Source of the DNA: Naegleria gruberi | Taxonomy: Eukaryota | Direction: 5' to 3' (one strand) | Assembly: GCA_000004985.1 (NCBI GenBank) | Contig: GG739376.1 | Length of the DNA stretch: 1,575 nt | In this document: positions 1 to 1,575 of the stretch, in pieces | Layout of the letters: every line of letters starts with the position of its first letter | How positions within the stretch are numbered: the first letter of the stretch is position 1 | Program-made: the position numbers and the translations under genes | Notes under the pieces: generated by a model | The model's database searches: none | Told to the model about the DNA's origin: nothing | Seen by the model: the letters and a program-made list of their open reading frames with translations, nothing else

Positions 1-109
1 ATGTTCGATTTCATTGTCTCTACCATTTTCATATGGTTATTTTGTTGGTATTTTCTATAATTGTCTAATAATATTATACCGCAGAAGATCATCAACGGAA
101 AATGAATAA
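1..109 (+). CDS. Possible 3'-terminal fragment of an upstream plus-strand ORF truncated by the window edge. It is hydrophobic and TM-like. Frame 1 ends at TAA 58..60 (…FDFIVSTIFIWLFCWYFL*). Frame 2 ends at TAA 107..109 (…CSISLSLPFSYGYFVGIFYNCLIILYRRRSSTENE*).
   Basis: Both frames are open from the first base of the window and encode a hydrophobic, aromatic-rich stretch that could be the last transmembrane helix of a membrane protein. There is no homology I can recognise. I cannot tell which frame, if either, is real without the upstream sequence. Confidence 0.15.
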   Translation, partial: CSISLSLPFSYGYFVGIFYNCLIILYRRRSSTENE

Positions 110-803
110 ACATCGAGAAACATTTCTATTACTCTGTTGCCTTGTAACTATAGGTGTAAGTTATTAATGTCTCATGTATCAATACCTATCTGAGATGCCA
201 TCTTGTGAATATAAAATAGCTTCTTACAACAAGCCTATATGTTTGTCTGCTAAACCCTTTCTTTATAAACATGTTTTTTGTCGTCTTTGCAAAAATTGGT
301 TATTTGGATATCGTGTGATAGAACCATTGTTCAGGGTGTTCTTCTAAAGGTATTGAATGTCAACACATAATACCAAGAAAGAAAGGCAAAATGATGGATT
401 TCCAACTTTTACCTCACAAGATGAAATCAAGTATATCCCACAATCCCTGAAACAGTAATGAATTCTATGATGCCTTCTCTTTCTGTCCACATCATGATTT
501 GAGGTGAGAACAATGGTGTGTTCATATTGAGAAGTGTAAGATCCCTTAACGTCACACAATGGTGGTGTAAATGCAAGTTGAAGACTATTTATTGCAATTA
601 TTGAACGAGTATGAGGTTATTAAAATGGTTTGGAGGACTGCATTTACATCTGTCATGGAAACTAGGAGCTCTTTAATGTTGTTAATTCGATTTGATAACT
701 AATCCCAGAAGATGTACTTTGGATCATGTTCAACATTTCAAGATATTAATGAAAGAATACACTATCATAATCAAAAAGATGAGAATTTTAAAATTCAAGT
801 TAA

Positions 804-809
804 TTTATT
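804..809 (-). terminator. AATAAA-type 3'-end positioning element shortly downstream of the cyclophilin stop codon. The surrounding 3' UTR at roughly 700..816 is AT-rich.
   Basis: Minus-strand AATAAA (plus-strand tttatt at 804..809) lies 8-13 nt after the TAA stop at 819..817. This is a yeast positioning-element-like motif. The actual poly(A) site cannot be determined from sequence alone. Confidence 0.35.
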
Positions 810-816
810 ATTGAAT

Positions 817-1148
817 TTACAAAGCACCACAATCAGCAATCTTAACTTCAGACAATGGAGTATCACGTTGGTTAGTCTTTGATCCTTCAATCTTCTTAAT
901 AATTTCATAACCTTCAACAACCTTTCCGAAAACAACGTGCTTACCGTCCAACCATGGGCATGGAACAGTAGTAACGAAGAATTGGGAACCATTGGTATTC
1001 TTACCAGCATTAGCCATTGACAACAATCCTGGAATGGTGTGCTTTTCCTTAAAGTTTTCATCTTCAAACTTTGTACCATAGATGGACTTACCACCAGTAC
1101 CATTAAAGTTAGTAAAATCACCACCTTGAATCATGAAATCTTTAATGA
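817..1148 (-). CDS. CPR1: Exon 2 of the same cyclophilin gene: last 2 nucleotides of codon 56 through the TAA stop. It translates as (V)[109 protein letters not shown].
   Basis: The supplied ORF track (817..1134, minus) gives [20 protein letters not shown]...[14 protein letters not shown]...[11 protein letters not shown]...ADCGAL, which are hallmark cyclophilin motifs. The frame stays open upstream of the Met (F, D, K, I at 1137..1146) to an AG acceptor at 1150..1149. The G from exon 1 plus TC (1148..1147) makes GTC, Val, reproducing the conserved HRVI..FM.QGGDFT motif. The stop TAA is at 819..817. Total spliced CDS is 495 nt, 165 aa, a typical cytosolic cyclophilin length. Confidence 0.9.
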
Positions 1149-1200
1149 CTATTTACATGATTGTATTATTAATATTATATTATTATTAATATTATTGTTG

Positions 1201-1207
1201 GTTAGCA
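1201..1207 (-). promoter_or_regulatory. Putative intron branch-point sequence UGCUAAC.
   Basis: Plus-strand gttagca at 1201..1207 gives minus-strand tgctaac. It is the only CTAAC-containing heptamer between donor and acceptor. Its spacing to the 3' AG (about 50 nt) is typical for budding-yeast introns. Confidence 0.6.
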
Positions 1208-1214
1208 AGTAGTG

Positions 1215-1229
1215 TTGGTTGGTTGGTTG
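1215..1229. repeat. Short tandem repeat (TTGG)n, about 3.5 units, inside the intron. It is adjacent to an (ATTATT/ATTAAT)-type low-complexity tract at 1161..1197.
   Basis: Direct reading gives ttggttggttggttg at 1215..1229 and attattaatattatattattattaatattatt at about 1163..1197. Confidence 0.5.
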
Positions 1230-1283
1230 ATATAAATAATTTTAGATTAATAAAGGCTTGATAATAATATTAAAATAACATAC

Positions 1284-1449
1284 CTCTGTGGAAGATAGAA
1301 CCCTTGTATCCGAATCCCTTTTCTCCAGTACACAAAGCTCTGAAGTTTTCAGCAGTCTTTGGGACAATATCATTGTACAATTCAAAGACAACTCTACCAG
1401 CTGGGGCAGCACCGATGGTAATATCAAAGAAAACTCTTGATCTAGACAT
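1284..1449 (-). CDS. CPR1: Exon 1 of a cyclophilin A-type peptidyl-prolyl cis-trans isomerase, codons 1-55 plus the first nucleotide of codon 56. It translates as [55 protein letters not shown](V).
   Basis: Reverse complement of 1449..1284 reads ATG TCT AGA TCA AGA GTT TTC TTT GAT ... TTC CAC AGA G with no stop codon. The translation matches the conserved N-terminal half of cyclophilins ([38 protein letters not shown] compared with S. cerevisiae Cpr1 and human PPIA, recalled from memory). The ATG at 1449..1447 is preceded by seven A residues (plus-strand T-run 1450..1456) and an in-frame TGA three codons upstream (1458..1456), so it is the true start. The exon ends directly at a GTATGT donor. 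Read-through into the intron hits TAA within 5 codons. The symbol is given by homology; the exact ortholog name in the source species is unknown. Confidence 0.88.
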
Positions 1450-1456
1450 TTTTTTT
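1450..1456 (-). promoter_or_regulatory. A-rich translation initiation context (AAAAAAA immediately before the ATG) in the 5' UTR of the cyclophilin gene.
   Basis: The plus-strand T-run directly abuts the start codon. An A-rich -1 to -7 region with A at -3 and a TCT second codon is the classic context of highly expressed yeast genes (established knowledge). Confidence 0.6.
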
Positions 1457-1575
1457 CAAGTTTTAAAATATTTTATTAATTCCGTCAAGGTTGAAAAACT
1501 TTTTTGATAGGAGCGAGCTTAATCAAGCCTCCACCAACAACACAACAACATTCAAGTGGCTTTAGTTACAATAGA

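Larger units (their letters stand above)
1149..1283 (-). other. Spliceosomal intron of the cyclophilin gene, 135 nt, phase 1, between codons 55 and 56.
   Basis: On the minus strand the 5' splice site is GTATGT (1283..1278), the exact yeast consensus. The 3' splice site is aaatAG (1150..1149). A branch-site candidate TGCTAAC lies at 1207..1201, one mismatch from the yeast UACUAAC. Its branch A at 1202 is about 53 nt upstream of the acceptor. The intron is very AT-rich and contains in-frame stops. Splicing restores a continuous cyclophilin reading frame across the conserved FHRVI motif. Confidence 0.85.

Noticed and set aside
1-30. tRNA-like T-loop motif GTTCGATT followed by ...CTACCA and a T-run at the very start of the window
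   Set aside because: The implied T-stem does not pair (positions 52/62 would be T-C and position 61 is T, not the conserved C). There is no upstream D-arm or anticodon arm within the window. The resemblance is coincidental.
344-559. 71-aa minus-strand ORF (MCDVKGSYTSQYEHTIVLTSNHDVDRKRRHHRIHYCF...)
   Set aside because: It has no recognisable domain and an odd composition (RKRRHHRIH, multiple Cys). Its codon usage is unlike the neighbouring highly expressed gene, and it lies in what looks like convergent 3' intergenic space. It is probably spurious, though transcription data would be needed to exclude a small lineage-specific ORF.
795-1124. 109-aa minus-strand ORF overlapping cyclophilin exon 2 in another frame
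   Set aside because: This is an alternative-frame artefact of the strongly codon-biased cyclophilin CDS. The translation is low-complexity with no recognisable motifs. The cyclophilin frame explains the region fully.
1149-1283. Possible intron-hosted snoRNA
   Set aside because: No box C (RUGAUGA) / box D (CUGA) pairs or H/ACA features are present. The intron is short and essentially simple AT-rich sequence.
1242-1427. 61-aa minus-strand ORF overlapping exon 1 and the intron
   Set aside because: It is in the wrong frame relative to the cyclophilin start and runs through the GTATGT donor into the intron. Its peptide is unrecognisable. It is a chance ORF.
1304-1507. 67-aa plus-strand ORF antisense to cyclophilin exon 1 and the start codon
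   Set aside because: This is an antisense ORF opposite a highly biased coding exon, and such ORFs are common chance events. It has no homology or start context, and it spans the real gene's ATG and 5' leader.
1-1575. Prokaryotic-style features (operons, RBS, CRISPR repeats, IS elements, Rho-independent terminators)
   Set aside because: The sequence has spliceosomal intron signals and eukaryotic codon bias and UTR architecture. I found no direct repeats with regular spacers, no inverted terminal repeats, and no transposase-like ORFs.

Overview
This window looks like AT-rich nuclear DNA from an ascomycete yeast; the evidence is yeast-style codon bias (AGA, TTG, GGT, TCT), a GTATGT donor and an A-run before the start codon. 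The only well-supported element is one cyclophilin A-type peptidyl-prolyl cis-trans isomerase gene on the minus strand (a CPR1/CypA-like protein of 165 aa). It is split into two exons, 1449..1284 and 1148..817, by a 135-nt phase-1 intron with a yeast-type donor (GTATGT), a near-consensus branch site (TGCTAAC) and an AG acceptor. The rest of the window (1..816 and 1450..1575) appears to be UTR or intergenic sequence. It holds a possible truncated C-terminus of an upstream plus-strand ORF, some very short ORFs, low-complexity tracts and several spurious overlapping ORFs. I see no prokaryotic-style features such as CRISPR arrays, mobile elements or operons, and no convincing RNA gene. I find no evidence of a novel biological system here; the most noteworthy points are gene-structure and sequence-variant details of the cyclophilin gene.
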